Assembly (NCBI GenBank): GCA_047495785.1
Contig: JBLDXI010000020.1
Span: 2,914,001-2,978,000, forward strand
DNA length: 64,000 nucleotides
Origin: Lepidodermella squamata
Taxonomy: Eukaryota > Animalia > Gastrotricha
Direction: 5' to 3'
The position numbers were made by a program, and so were the translations under genes. Below, in pieces: positions 1 through 12,177 of this stretch (the first letter of the stretch is position 1; each line of letters starts with the position of its first letter). The notes under the pieces are model-generated. The model ran no database searches. It was not told where the DNA came from and saw only the letters and a program-made list of their open reading frames with translations.

Positions 1-869
1 CTCCGGTCCATTTTTCATTTCTTGAGTTAAATCGTGGATAACAGATAGAACATTCTCTCGGTTAGGTGTAATTTAAAAAAATTACAGGAATTTTTTACAA
101 AAATTTGCCACATTCAAAAATAAATGCGCAACTTCTGGGACACGTTGTAGAAATTTAAATTCTTAATTATGGCGTGTCAATTTCAGCTGAATTATTTTGT
201 AAGCAAAACAAATATTGGTTCCATTTTTTCAGCGGAAGTTTTTTCACTCTTGCAAGTTTTCTCATCTGTCGTTGAAATTTAAAGCTAATATAAAAAATTA
301 GGCCCCGGCAGACCTTGGAAAACCTTGGTGATTCCAAAGACTCGAGTTCAACTACGACTACTGAGCTCGTTCCTCTCGAAAACAATACATCGGCGCAGGA
401 CAATGACACGCGATAGAATTCGAAATTCTATATGCTGCAACGATTTCTCAAACTTGAACCTTCCGTTAAGCAAATCTCTGGCGAAATAGACATTTCGCTT
501 TTTCGAGCCAGCGTTAAACAATTAATATTTATTCAATTTTTAAAAATCCCTTCAAAGTAACTGATTTTCTAGTTTTAACATCGTAAAAAACGTATTCCAT
601 CGCGTATACAACAAAGAGAAGTCGCTTGGCACCAGATCTGGCTGAAAAACTAATATTCTTCTAAACGTCCTACATGGCCCACCTCTGCCAAGTTGCCATG
701 GTTCCACTGAAAAGAGGTCGTGGTAGACCACCAAAGAATGCTGTTGAACCTGTCGTGGTTGCTGGGCCTGTCCGCACCAGTCTCGAAGTCTCCCCCACCT
801 GCTGCTAATGCTACGGCTAAGGCTTCTGTTCCTGTCGATTCAAAACCCGCCCCAACCTACGCTTAGCGA

Positions 870-1685
870 ACTACGACGTTTCTTTCGCGAGAAGAAGTTC
901 TTTTGAAGAAGATTGCTGGCGACGGCTCTTGCTTGTTCAGGCAGCTGCAGCCGAATGCGGGCAGCTCATTTCGACGCTGCGAACAGATTTCGTTCAATTA
1001 TTCCGGGTGAATTTAGACAGGATGAAAGATTTTCTTCTTGGTTTCTTCGCTGAATGGAGAGTCCACGTTCGAAGTCTCCGACCATGACTACGATGGATGG
1101 GGTTAATGGTTAGTAATTTTCTCTTGAGTAATTTCTCATAATTTCTCTGATTAGTTGACAATTTGGCCCAACCTGGAACCTTCGCATAGAAGCCCTGGTG
1201 GCTATCGCCAAAATGTATGGCGTCCATAATCATACATCACTATATAGGCCCGAGTTGTACGAAATATTTGCAACCGGATGATTTGTCCTGGAATAAACCG
1301 TTCAAAGATTACTTTCGGGAAAAATACGACGACTGGATGTTGAACAACACTAGCAACGACGAATAGCCGAAGCCGGAGTTGATCTGTCAATGGCTTGTTG
1401 AAGCCTGGAAAAGTACTTCGCCTGAGATGATTCGATATTTTCCTCTGCGGAATCACTTCCCTAGATGAAGCAGTGGTATTTTAACCTAGCAAGCCTTTGG
1501 TAACGGCCATGACCAACTTATGGAACGAACGGGTACGGTTGCTACATTGACGTTTGAGAATTAACAATCGCCTCCCTCGATTCGCGACCCGATTTTTATC
1601 ACTTATTTTGAGTTCGGAATTTCGCTATTATTCGACGAATTACGGTAATGGCCGCGGCCATTATGACAACCTCCGCAAACCTTGA
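870..1685 (+). pseudogene. OTU-family cysteine protease (deubiquitinase-like) pseudogene, split by a pogo-like insertion
   Basis: Cys box LKKIAGDGSCLFR at 903-941, followed by a frameshift. Middle motif ..LAQPGTF../IEALVAIAKMYGV at ~1155-1225. His box NGRGHYDNLRKP* at ~1647-1685. Frameshifts and stops lie between the motifs. Confidence 0.7.
1247..1645 (+). mobile_element. 3' fragment of a pogo/Tigger-like DDE transposase with one terminal inverted repeat
   Basis: Translates to PSCTKYLQPDDLSWNKPFKDYFREKYDDWM..*PKPELICQWLVEAWKSTSPEMIRYF..CGIT, matching the pogo C-terminal signature (LQPLD..NKPFK..W..AW..CGI). Ends in TATTCGACGAATTACGG+TA, the reverse complement of a CCGTA-type TIR. Confidence 0.75.
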
Positions 1686-2260
1686 ACTATTTCATTTGTT
1701 TTTTTTGTAATAAATACGCGTTTTCTATCAACTTTAATGACGCATACCACCGGTGATAATCAAAGAAAAATTGACCGCTAACTTCCAGCGGGCTAAAAAA
1801 TTTCAAAATGACAAAGAAGAATCGACAGGTAAATTAAATAAATTTTTGGAGGTCATCTTGTGTTTGTAAAATATGTGGAAAAATGGCTGAAATCCGAAAA
1901 TCGATAAAATGAAAAAGTAAAGGCTGTAATCGATAATTTCAGATTTCAGGAAAAATCAGAATATATTGTTCCTAGCTGAAATTATACAAATTAAAAATGT
2001 GAAAAATTGGCATTTTTTTCGAATAATTTTACCAAATTTTAAGCCATGTTCCGTTAGACAGAAAATCAGGCATGAATATTTGTAACTGAATCATTAATAC
2101 CCCAAAATTTAAAAAACTTTTTCAGTTCATTAATTAATTTATCAACATTTGTTCCGCTAAATGTTTGGCCGATCGGTTAAAGCGGTAAAGAGTCATCAAT
2201 CGCAGAAAATAAATAATAACAAAAACAATTTTATTTAAAATAAAACAAAATCGATTAATA

Positions 2261-2651
2261 CCTCGCATTTGAACGGATTTTCGCTGCAATGCGTCTGCGT
2301 GCGATGAACTTTGGCCGACGTGAACGATTTGAACAGCACCTGGCAGTCGTCGCATTCGACGAGAAATTTCGGCATCAATCCATTCGTAACCCCGCCTGCT
2401 AAATGCGCAATTTCCTCGTCACCCTCGCCGGCGCCGGCGCCATCAAAATTGCTGACCAGCAATTTGCGCCTAGCGAACAGTTGCGCCTGCGACAACGGGT
2501 AGATTTTGATGTTTGGTAATGAGCGGTAATTTTGGCGTTGATGCTCGATTAAATCGGGCAGGTACGGGAAGACAATGCTGCAAATCGTGCATTTCTTGTA
2601 AAAAGTCGCCGCAGCCGATGAGCTCGGTGTAAAAACTGGAGCAGAGGCCAT
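2261..2651 (-). CDS. First exon of a C2H2 zinc-finger gene; N-terminus resembles the gene at 61886
   Basis: CTICSIVFPYLPDLIEHQRQNY and CDDCQVLFKSFTSAKVHRTQTH, then PFKCE followed by a GT donor. Downstream exons were not located. Confidence 0.65.
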
Positions 2652-3354
2652 TTTAATATAAAAATTCTGAAATAAATCCCATGCGTTAAATTTTTAACGA
2701 TAAAGAGCTATTATAGCAAGAAACAGTAAGAAATTAGAATGTGTCCGAGGTGATGTAGGAGAAATTTTGCTATGTAATAACGGTTGCTTGCGGCCCCGAG
2801 TGACCTACTTCCGGCCGGCGAGAGAGAACATTTTATTGCTCGGACTGGCCGCTCCTCTCCCCGTCGTCCACGCACACACTTGCACAAAGCTCCACGTGCT
2901 CAATATCGAAAATCGAGCGGTTATTTATATGTGTAAAAATAAGAATGAAGCAGCACTGAAGAGGATGAGCAATAATAATGATGATGATGACATTTTTTTC
3001 AACCAGTGATCGCATGCTGATGTGGCAGCAGAGGCGGGCGGGGCACGCTCGTCCTCTCGGCCCTCGCTGCTCTCTGTCGCTCGATCGAGAGAAACACAAT
3101 TGAGATGAAAAAAAATGGCTCAATAGTCGTGAATAACGGATTAATTTTTTGTCATCAAAAGTGAGACGAGTGTAAGACATGATAATGATTTACGAATCTC
3201 TCAACACGCTATGTCCACTGTCCACTTTCGAGGTTATAGACTGTCATGCCGTTGAAATAAAATTGTATTTTATTTCTAAAAAAGTGGTTAATCTTTCACA
3301 AAGAACAATCTGTTACATATATCATCCGCATCGGAAAAAACCGTTCTCAGGTCG

Positions 3355-3830
3355 AATTGTTCTAGTAGTCTATACATATTTTAACAACTGAAAAATGAGG
3401 CTCCAGCACTTGAATTAAACGTCCTGGCGCTAAAATTTTCCGATTCTTTGCAATTTCGGATTTCTCGTTTGTTGAAGCCCTCTCTGACCTTGGGATTTTT
3501 TTTTTAACCCTTGAGCTATGCCGAAAATTATCGATATTGGGTTCACTCAAGCCGGTTGATATCAAGAAATCACTGATTTCTAAAATCGATACTGGGAATC
3601 GATATGTACCTGCAGGCTGGTTTGTATCTCGTAAACCTACCGCTCGTGGAAGATCTATCGATTAGACAGGAGATTCGAGTGAGGACGCGAAACTCGAAAA
3701 GCCATATTTTAGGGAGATGTAGTGCTAGATGAGTCTCAAATTTAGCGCTGGAACTCTACATTTAGGAAAATAGTTCTTCGAATATTCCGCCTTAAATTTG
3801 ATAATTTTATTGTAAATTTTAGAAAATATT
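3355..3830. repeat. Left arm of a ~500-bp diverged inverted repeat (partner at ~5060-5570)
   Basis: Its reverse complement matches the 5060-5570 region in collinear blocks: ggcttttcgagtt, cgatagatct, tatcgattcc, aaatcagtgattt, aatcggaaaattt, caggacg, gagcctca, tatagac. Confidence 0.7.
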
Positions 3831-4127
3831 CGGCAAATACAGAATTACAGAGGATTGTTCTTGGGCTATTTTCCGGTTTCCGGTAGTCCAGATGATTTTG
3901 CCTTAATTTATGCCTAATTTTGTAAATTTCTTGAGAGTGCGTTGCGTGCAAAAAAACTGCTACACGCAGCACTTGTCCAAACTGTGTCCAAATTTCAGCC
4001 GTTGGCCAAAGTTAGGTCACAGCGGAAGTGGCCGAAATTAGGAAGTTTCAAAAACGCCGTTGTTAAGATTTACAATTTATTTTTTATTTCGTAATTAAAT
4101 GTTAGGTAAAAATGTCGCAAATGTTAT

Positions 4128-4796
4128 CTAGGACAGAGGAATATCGTCAGGAATGCTGAAATCTCTGGCATACAAAATTGCAGAGCCGACGAGAACAGCC
4201 TAAAAGAAAAAATTGGTTTTAATCGATTTTGGAAATTGAACTATCAAAAAATTTACTGTGTTCAAAATTAAGGCTATACCCGCTGGAGCAACCTCAGGTA
4301 ACAGGAAATAAGCCGTTGGTTCTATGTACCAGACAATAAGGAAACAAAGGCTATTCACCACGGTTTTATCCCTCGGCCAAGCGTCGATGGTGCAAAGTCG
4401 TAAAAGAGCCGTTAGCAAGTTGACAAAGCTAAACGGCAGGCAAATCATCAGCAGGTACCAATAAGACGGCGAGAAGACAAATCCGAAAATTTCCAGTAAA
4501 ACGTGCAGAATATTCAGAATTAATTGAGCCAATTGATAGAACGACTCGTGTCTCGTCTCGGGTAGCGTCAATTTTCGCATGCAGACAGAGACGGGCTCTT
4601 CAGTTTCGTCGAACAGCCGAAATTTGTCCCAGAAATTTTCAGGCTTCTCGTCCTCCGCTGATTCATTTTTCGAGGAGACTGTAGGCAAATCGAATGATGA
4701 TCGCTTTTTCCGGCTGACTCTTCGGGTCACTCTTTGAGTCCATTTTCTTCCCTCAAACCGGCTGTAGAGTAGTTTAAAAGCGTTATTGACCACCAT
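4128..4796 (-). CDS. Orphan multi-pass membrane protein (basic N-terminus, about 4 TM segments), 2 exons
   Basis: 198-aa ORF with hydrophobic segments. A probable intron (~4256-4200) leads to a last exon AVLVGSAILYARDFSIPDDIPLS*, stop at 4128. Confidence 0.55.
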
Positions 4797-5059
4797 TTAC
4801 GCGTATAAATGGAATAAAGTGAGCGTACGCTTTAGCTTGTTGGGCTATGTGAAGTGGCAAAAGCAGCTGATAACACAAATTTTAGGGTCGTTTACCGTTT
4901 ATTCGTTGTTTACTCGGGCGAATGACGCCTAGATAGCTGTATCGATTAGAGATCACGATAAGATATAATAACTATATAAAAAATCGTTATAAAAATGAAA
5001 AATAAATAAATTTGTCAGGAAAATAGGTAAAATTAAAAAGGCCCATTACTACATGTTTC

Positions 5060-5570
5060 TCGATTTTAAAAATCAGTGCGGAATTCCGAAATTTTGCGAA
5101 AATATCACGCTATTTTACAGAAATTTTAGACGCAACAAATTGAGCCACATTCGTCTGTAAACTTCTGAACAGGGTATGCCAAGAACACAAGAAGATGAGG
5201 CTTTTCGAGTTGCACTGATGTCTATTGGCCAACCGATAGATCTCACGATTGCGAGTATTTTGAGCTATGAGCGGTCTGTTTACGATTAAAAATGCAGTCT
5301 GCAAAGCCGATATATATCGATTCCAATTATCGATTTCACAAATCAGTGATTTTTCCGATATCTTGAAACCCAACTTTGATAATTCCCCTATTTAGCTCGG
5401 TGCGTCAGGTAGCTTATATAAAAAATCCAGGTTCAGGGAGGGCATCAGTATCGATCGGAAAACGAAAAGCCGAAACCGCAAAAAATAATCGGAAAATTTA
5501 GTGACAGGACGCCTAGTTTCAAAGTTAGAGCCTCAGTTTTGGTAGTGCAAATATATAGACCCAGATAAAA
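5060..5570. repeat. Right arm of the diverged inverted repeat
   Basis: See 3355-3830. Confidence 0.7.
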
Positions 5571-6011
5571 TGTAGCCCTGAAACTGAATTCATATCATAC
5601 CAGCATATTATAACGCCCCACCCTTGTTAGGATTATAGTTGAGGTTTGGGATTCTCTTTTCTAAGGTTCTCTCATCCAGTTTCTCTAATATATTGGCTTA
5701 TGAGTTGGGTATTTGAATGTTTAAATGGAAATATTCTTGAACCGTTTAAATGTTCTTGAAACTTTGCCTTTTTAAGAGTTCTACACTTGTTGCTTGTAGC
5801 CCTTTTTATTATCCAAAGAATTTACAACAAAGTGAGAGGTAGACTCGTTTTTTAAGCTTGATATCATTTTGGGAATTGAGTTAGGTAGTAATATCATGAG
5901 TCGAAGACCTTGGGGCACAATAAAACAATTGAAGAGAGCGGAAGCGAAGTAAGACGTTTCATTTGAAGGCATGCAATTTGTAGGAAAGGCATATTTCAAG
6001 GACTATCAACC

Positions 6012-6812
6012 ATGATTATCCTATCCATAAGTCTTTGTGTAGTTTCATCCCTCCTCTGCCACGCGCATGATGGAAGCTCCAATGAGAAATATGCTCACAT
6101 TGCCGACGATGATGGCGATTGCATCAACACGTGTACAGCAATGTATGGGAATGTCGATCGAAGCGTCTTGATCGCATGTCTAAGCGGGTGCCATTTCTCG
6201 GCCTACCATCTCGAGCAATTTTCGACATTGGAAGGAGACCCGGACCATAATGCGACTTACATTTCATCCACAAATTTAACGACAGGGTCGCATCAGTCGT
6301 GGCACTGTGGTCAGCTTTGCAGGGAGAAGCATCTTGGGGGGAAACTTTACGAGGCTTGTTCAACAAGTTGCCTAAGGGCTGCAGACCGGCCTGGTACGGC
6401 GGAAAGGCGCCGAGCTGCTGCGTTGAGGAGTCACAAAGATCGATGCTACTCCAACGTCGTCGAGGCGATAAGACTTAGCCAAAATTCCAATTGCCAGGTC
6501 TTGTTATGGAGGTACTACTTCAGTTATCGACGGAACGAATGCCGTAGGATGAAGTATCGAGGCTGTGAAGAACGTGAGTAATTGATTCAATCATACCTGT
6601 CCTATTATTGACGCCACTCTTTTCCAGATCTGAAGAACGCCTTCGAAAGTGAAGAAGACTGCGAGATCGAATGCAAGGATTATACCGGTTCAGATCACAG
6701 CTTGCATCATTTTGTCGATGAGACAATGTTACAAAATGGAGGGACGCAGCCCTGCTTGATGACTTGCGTCATCCTCTATTTAACCCTACTCTACTCCTAT
6801 GTGGTCTTTTAA
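6012..6812 (+). CDS. Secreted/GPI-like protein: twin CX3C cysteine-rich domain + atypical Kunitz domain (K1)
   Basis: Signal peptide; CINTC..CLSGC..CGQLC..CSTSC; Kunitz C..CQVLLWRYYFSYRRNECRRMKYRGCEEH|LKNAFESEEDCEIEC (intron 6574-6627); hydrophobic C-terminal tail. Confidence 0.8.
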
Positions 6813-6972
6813 GAGGCCTCTACTTGTTCACCATCCTCTGATACAGCAATTCTTTAGATTTATTTCAGCAATCTCACCCTGCATCTTAAGATTCCTTAGG
6901 TAATAGGATGGTTCCGAAGCAGCGTTCAGTACAAAAGCCAATAAACTTCAGTACAAAAGCTATGGCAGAATA

Positions 6973-7473
6973 TCAATTCGCGACAGAATACAATGCTATG
7001 GCCGTCGAAAACAAAATTCCATACAAATTTCGGTGTGATTTGTCATTAACCATTGGCAATCCCGCCGAATACAATCTCGAATCCGAGCATCTGGTAGAAG
7101 TGTCGCCATAGTACCCTCCACAAACTTGTTCGCATTCCTCGAGAGACCCAAACCGGTTTCTTACGCCTATAAAAAGCTGAATTTTGTCGAGCAATTTTTT
7201 AGCTCAAGTTTTACCTGTGCAAAGATCCCATACAAACATCTCACATTGCCCCGAGTTGCAGTTGAACTGATATTGTACACTGTACCCCTTGCACTAACAA
7301 TTTACACCAGCAGTCATACAGGTACTAAGAAGTGAAATGAACTATACCCTGTTACCTGGAATCTCGCTGTAAGCCATCGAGAGACAATCAGTAGAATTGC
7401 GCTGGGCATTGCAAAAGGGCGTAAAGCTAACTGCCAAAATGGCATATAAGGTAACAATACTTGGCTCAAACAT
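6973..7473 (-). CDS. Single-domain Kunitz protein with hydrophobic (GPI-like) tail (K2), 3 exons
   Basis: MFEPSIVTLYAILAV..DCLSMAYSEIPGNR|CKGYSVQYQFNCNSGQCEMFVWDLCTG|VRNRFGSLEECEQVC..GILFSTAIALYSVAN*. Confidence 0.8.
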
Positions 7474-7629
7474 TCTTGCTTGTTTCTTCGTATGAATGGT
7501 ATATTACCTCAGAAAATCTGGAGGATTTAAGCCTTCGTGGCGTGCTGTTGGCTGTTGGGATCACGAAACTGTTATATTAAGTCGAGCGTGAGATTTAAAC
7601 TAGAATTTATTTCGCATCATTTTATCGTA

Positions 7630-8117
7630 TCAAGAAATGGCAAGAGCAAGAAAAATGGTAGAAAAGACCAATAACAGGTCATTCGGAAACATCCTCGATA
7701 TTGAGTTGCTGCTGTAGTCGGGACAGGCCAGACTTTTCGAATCAATATAATTCTTGCATATTCGTCGGCATTCGGCCATAGTCAGAAATAAGTTCGACAC
7801 GACTAAATAAATCCCAATGACGTTTGAAATTATGAGATAATTTAAAAAATTACCTGGACATCCGCCGTACACAAAGCTTTCACATTTTGCTGTTTTACAA
7901 TTGAATTGATATTGAAGACTGTAACCTGTGCACTTTGAGTCAAACAGCCAAATAAAAAATAAAAAAACAGCATGAATATAGTTACTTTGTTGCCTTCGAT
8001 TTTAGTGTAAGGAGTTGTCAAGCAATCACCCTGCGTAGGGGCATAACTTTGGTCAAATCGAATCAACACCACGTAACAGAAGGCGTTTATCGTAACTGAA
8101 GTGAAGCCCTGCTTCAT
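7630..8117 (-). CDS. Single-domain Kunitz protein with hydrophobic tail (K3), 3 exons
   Basis: ..GDCLTTPYTKIEGNK|CTGYSLQYQFNCKTAKCESFVYGGCP|VVSNLFLTMAECRRIC..LLLVFSTIFLALAIS*. Confidence 0.85.
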
Positions 8118-8419
8118 TGAACAATTAATTGTTTGATATAATAATATGTTGTTGGTAGAATTTTTAATCCAGCGAAATAAATTGTGAACAAAAGATGGAT
8201 TTAGGTTAAGAAATCCCTAAAGCCGTGTTCACGAGTGCGCTTCAGTTTCATATAAAGATTCATGATAAATTTATTCAGTGGCGAAGCAAGTGGATTGCGC
8301 CGAGTGTGGGTACAAATCGAGAAAATGTGAACCTGAAAAAGTCACGCGAAATCACAATATGGGCGTCATGGCAACGCCTAATCAACCCTGGGACTTGAAT
8401 CACCCAGTTTACATTCTAT

Positions 8420-9329
8420 ATGACATGTGAATTAATGCTGAGACTTCAGTTAATGTTGGCTGCACTTTTCTTATCAACAAAAGCTATAGCTGAGAACGCG
8501 ACATCGAAGAAAGGTGACGCCTATAAATTGTGTATCTCTGGTTGTCTATCCGAGTATGGGGCTGGCGAGGCAGGGGTTGTAATGGCTTGCTCCTTGGGTT
8601 GCCATTACGCTACATGCGAAGAGATGAAAGCCTCGGATGCACTGAGAATTTGTCAAAAATTATGCTCTGGAAACCATGTCTATACAGGGAAAAGCCTTCA
8701 CGCCTGTTTGTTTGGCTGTTCGAGAGAATCGAATAATTTGATCTCAGAGTCTGAATCAAAACAGTCAAAAGCTCTTCAACAGCATCGCAGCCGCTGTCTG
8801 CACAATTTTAACGAAGCAGTGGAAATGAGCAGTGGATTAGTAAGTTCTGTTTTATTTGTTCCAATGCTTGAATTTTGGGCTATTTCAGTGTGAAAGCTTG
8901 CTTTTGCGATGGGTGTTCAATTACGACTCAAATGGCTGTGATATCGTTGTTTTTAAAGGCTGCGAAAGATGTGAGAAAATTATCCTTCTGTCGAATTATT
9001 AGCCATTTTCTTTTACCCAAGTTCTCTCCAATGTTTACGTTACCCAGGAAGACTGTGAAGTGGAATGTAGAGACTATAAATCGGAGAAGTTCAACCCTCT
9101 CAACATCGACGACTCAGATTTCGCGATAACGGCTACACCAAAATCCAAAAAACTACCCGCTTTGCCTCGGCCTAATATTTCAGATGAATTCAGGCTGACT
9201 GGTCTACCGAAAACTGTAAAATTCTATGAAACATACGATTCAGCTTTTCGTTACCCAATTTTGGGCCTGAAAATACTGCTAAAATATTTAAGATACATTA
9301 CTGACCGCGTTGTTTTGTACTTTAAATAA
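8420..9329 (+). CDS. Twin CX3C cysteine-rich + Kunitz protein (K4), paralog of K1
   Basis: Signal peptide; CISGC..CSLGC..CQKLC..CLFGC; RCLHNFNEAVEMSSGL|CESLLLRWVFNYDSNGCDIVVFKGCERF|LSNVYVTQEDCEVECRDY. The 3' end is uncertain. Confidence 0.75.
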
Positions 9330-9490
9330 AATGTCTAATGCATCATCATTAACCGCTCACTTGTGTGCGTTTTGGTCGTTAGCATTATAAGGGACTACTA
9401 CGAGCATGCCGGTCATCAACAAAGGAGCCGTACGTAATTTTTGAAAACAAACTAAATGCATTGCAATTTTTCACTAGTTCAACTGATAAA

Positions 9491-10121
9491 ATGAAAATGT
9501 TGCTATTAGCCGCTTTTTTGGTCATATCTTTGAGCTGGTCAACGGAGGCTCAAGACTCTACTCCAGGTGATTACATCAAATTCTCGCTTTTACTTGTAAT
9601 ATTGGTTGATTTTAGATGCGAGCTCTGATCGAAGCTCAAATGACTGCCTCGGTATGATGTATGATGAGATGACTGGTCCTAAGGTGACAATGCTTAGCTC
9701 CGTGGCTTTCGTAATTTTCCTTCTTTATCTATTAGTGTATGGCTGCAATCGTTGGCTGGCAGTTCAACAAGTACTTCGGCTCCTGCCAGCAGTTCACGTT
9801 TGGTGGTTGCCCACGTAAGCTAATCAGAGATTTGCCAGAGTCCATACTAAATTGTGTCATTTTTAAGCTGTTGCGAACATGTTCAGGTCACAAGGCGAAT
9901 GCGAGGCAGTTTGTGCACCTCACTTGACCAGAAGTGCCGGCAACTCAGGCAATGAGCGACTTTTCCCCATGTACCCATCATTTGAGCAGTTCTTGATGCC
10001 AGTCAAGGTTAACTCATACGAGGCTCAACCGATGAACAGCGCCGCGAACAAAGGAACCGCACAAGACAAACGCCCTGGCTACATCCAAACATTGGGCTTC
10101 ATGGCTCCGATTGTCGGCTAA
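9491..10121 (+). CDS. Secreted Kunitz protein (K5), 4 exons
   Basis: MKMLLLAAFLVISLSW..NDCLGMMYDEMTGPK|CMAAIVGWQFNKYFGSCQQFTFGGCP|PVANMFRSQGECEAVC. Confidence 0.85.
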
Positions 10122-10495
10122 AGAACCTGTTTTCGATAATTTCGAACAGTTAAGATGAAATAGGCTACGTATATAAAGTCAGCAAATGGCTTATATTACT
10201 ATTGAGAGCTGAAAATTCAAACCCAGTGGGAATGATACTCGAGAGCATAATTGAATATAGTCCAATGAATAGCTGATCCTTCTTGAATATCTCAAAGAAC
10301 GGAATAAACATGGCAAATGTTAACTGGCTTTTCACTGTATTTCCATTTTATTGAGCTTGCCTTTTGTTTTGTGTGCATTGTCAAACTTCGAGTGTAACAC
10401 GTTTTGTCCAAATGCTTGCAGCGTAATGACGTTTGAAATGTAGCAGCATTCTTAACATTACTACGCTGGTTTCCTGTATCGAATTTAAAATTGAA

Positions 10496-11851
10496 ATGAT
10501 TGCCTGTGTCAGCTTTATATGCGCGATTATTTCTACAATTCACTGCCTTCATAGAATCAAACTTGAGCGAGTTCCACCAGAACAAGCTTTTCTGGCCAGA
10601 CATCTCACTCGATCAGTCGAGCGAACTTTAGCTGCTTTGGAGAGTAAGGGCTCCGAGCCCCTACCAATCACGAACATTTACGACGTGAGTTCGATTTCGC
10701 GAAGATATATTATCCTAAAGCGGAATTCCCATTGCAGAAACAATACTATGGGGTTATGACGATTGGAAGTCCGCCCCAAAAATTTCGAGTTTCTTTCGAC
10801 ACTGGCTCACCTCATTTGTAAGTCTTGACTAAATTTGAGCAATTAGAGGTGTCAAGAAATCATTATCTAGCGTGGTACCTTCAATTCAATGCCATTCCAA
10901 GTATTGCAGTCCTCACAATCGCTACAACAGCTCTGCGTCGAATTCTTACAAAGCCAATGGCACGAAAGTTGAAGTCGGTTATGGCCCACTGGAAGGCCTA
11001 GTCGTGCTAGATGGTTTCATCAGCAATGACGACATGAACTTTGGCGGACTAACAGTCAAATCTGTCGACTTCATCGAGTATACAACGGAGAAAAACTTCC
11101 CACCCGCTCTCATTCTAAGCTACGACGCTTTATTCGGTCTCGACACTCTCAGAGTAGCTGCTGGAGGCTCTGAACCGGTCTTTCTATCGATGGTTAAACA
11201 AGGCAGTGTTAAATCACCAATTGTGGCATTCTCATTGAAACACGACGCGAATTCGAAGAATGGTGGCGAGGTTACGTTGGGAGGTAGCGATCCAAAGCAT
11301 TACACAGGGAATCTTACGATTTTGCCGACTATTTCTGATCCAAAGCAAGGATGGTGGAAAGTTAAAATGGATGGCGTTTCCCTAAGCGATTCAATCGCAT
11401 TCTGCACGAATGGATGTATTGTTGCTGTCGATACCGGAATGCCGAAAATTATTGGACCGTATGATGACATCAAGGCTATACATGATAGTATTGGCGCGAA
11501 GGAGCTCTCGCCAATAGAATGGCAGGTCGATTGCGACAGGTGAGTCCCTAAAAACAGATGGATTTTGATCATCTGAGCTTTTTCTCGTCCTTTATTAGTA
11601 TACCACTAATGCCGAGCATTTCTTTCACCTTCGCTGGACGGCCTTTCGTAATGCAACCGACGGATTACACCATCGAACTAAAGTTTCCGGGTGGCTTCAG
11701 AAAGATTTGTTTCACTGTTTTCGTTGGGACCCCAGCATTCTCCGACAATTCAACGTTAGCTTGGGTCTTGGGCGATGCTTTTGTCGCGAGAGTTTTCACT
11801 CAATTCGACTTCGACAAATACCAAGTGGGCTTCGCGGACTCACTCAATTAG
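10496..11851 (+). CDS. A1 pepsin/cathepsin D-like aspartic protease (AP1), 4 exons
   Basis: Signal and propeptide; QYYGVMTIGSPPQKFRVSFDTGS; flap YG; GGEVTLGGSDP; second DTG (VAVDTGMP); WVLGDAF. Confidence 0.92.
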
Positions 11852-12177
11852 CACGGCTGTATGTCATTTTCTTAAATAAATAAAAGGAAACCTAGAAGTT
11901 CCTGGAGTTAAACTAACTTCCTTAATGGAAAATGAAGTGGAAAGTGTTTCTAATCGAAATCCGGGTCGATAGCGATAGGAACCAAGCAGCAAGCGTCTAA
12001 AAACTGATCATATTTATGTTAACTCAGTCTGAGACGAGCTTAAAGTTAATCCTCTAAAGTCTTCAACTTAATTTGTCTGTCTGCGCATATGCCCTTTTAC
12101 GGAAAGGCCTACAGATTATCTCACATTCCACTTCACAAACAAATTCCATCTTCTAAAAAGCAGAGAGAGGGCCGAAA

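Noticed and set aside
2767-3180. ORFs 2767+ and 2833-
   Set aside because: No motifs and low-complexity translation; more likely the promoter/5' region of the zinc-finger gene.
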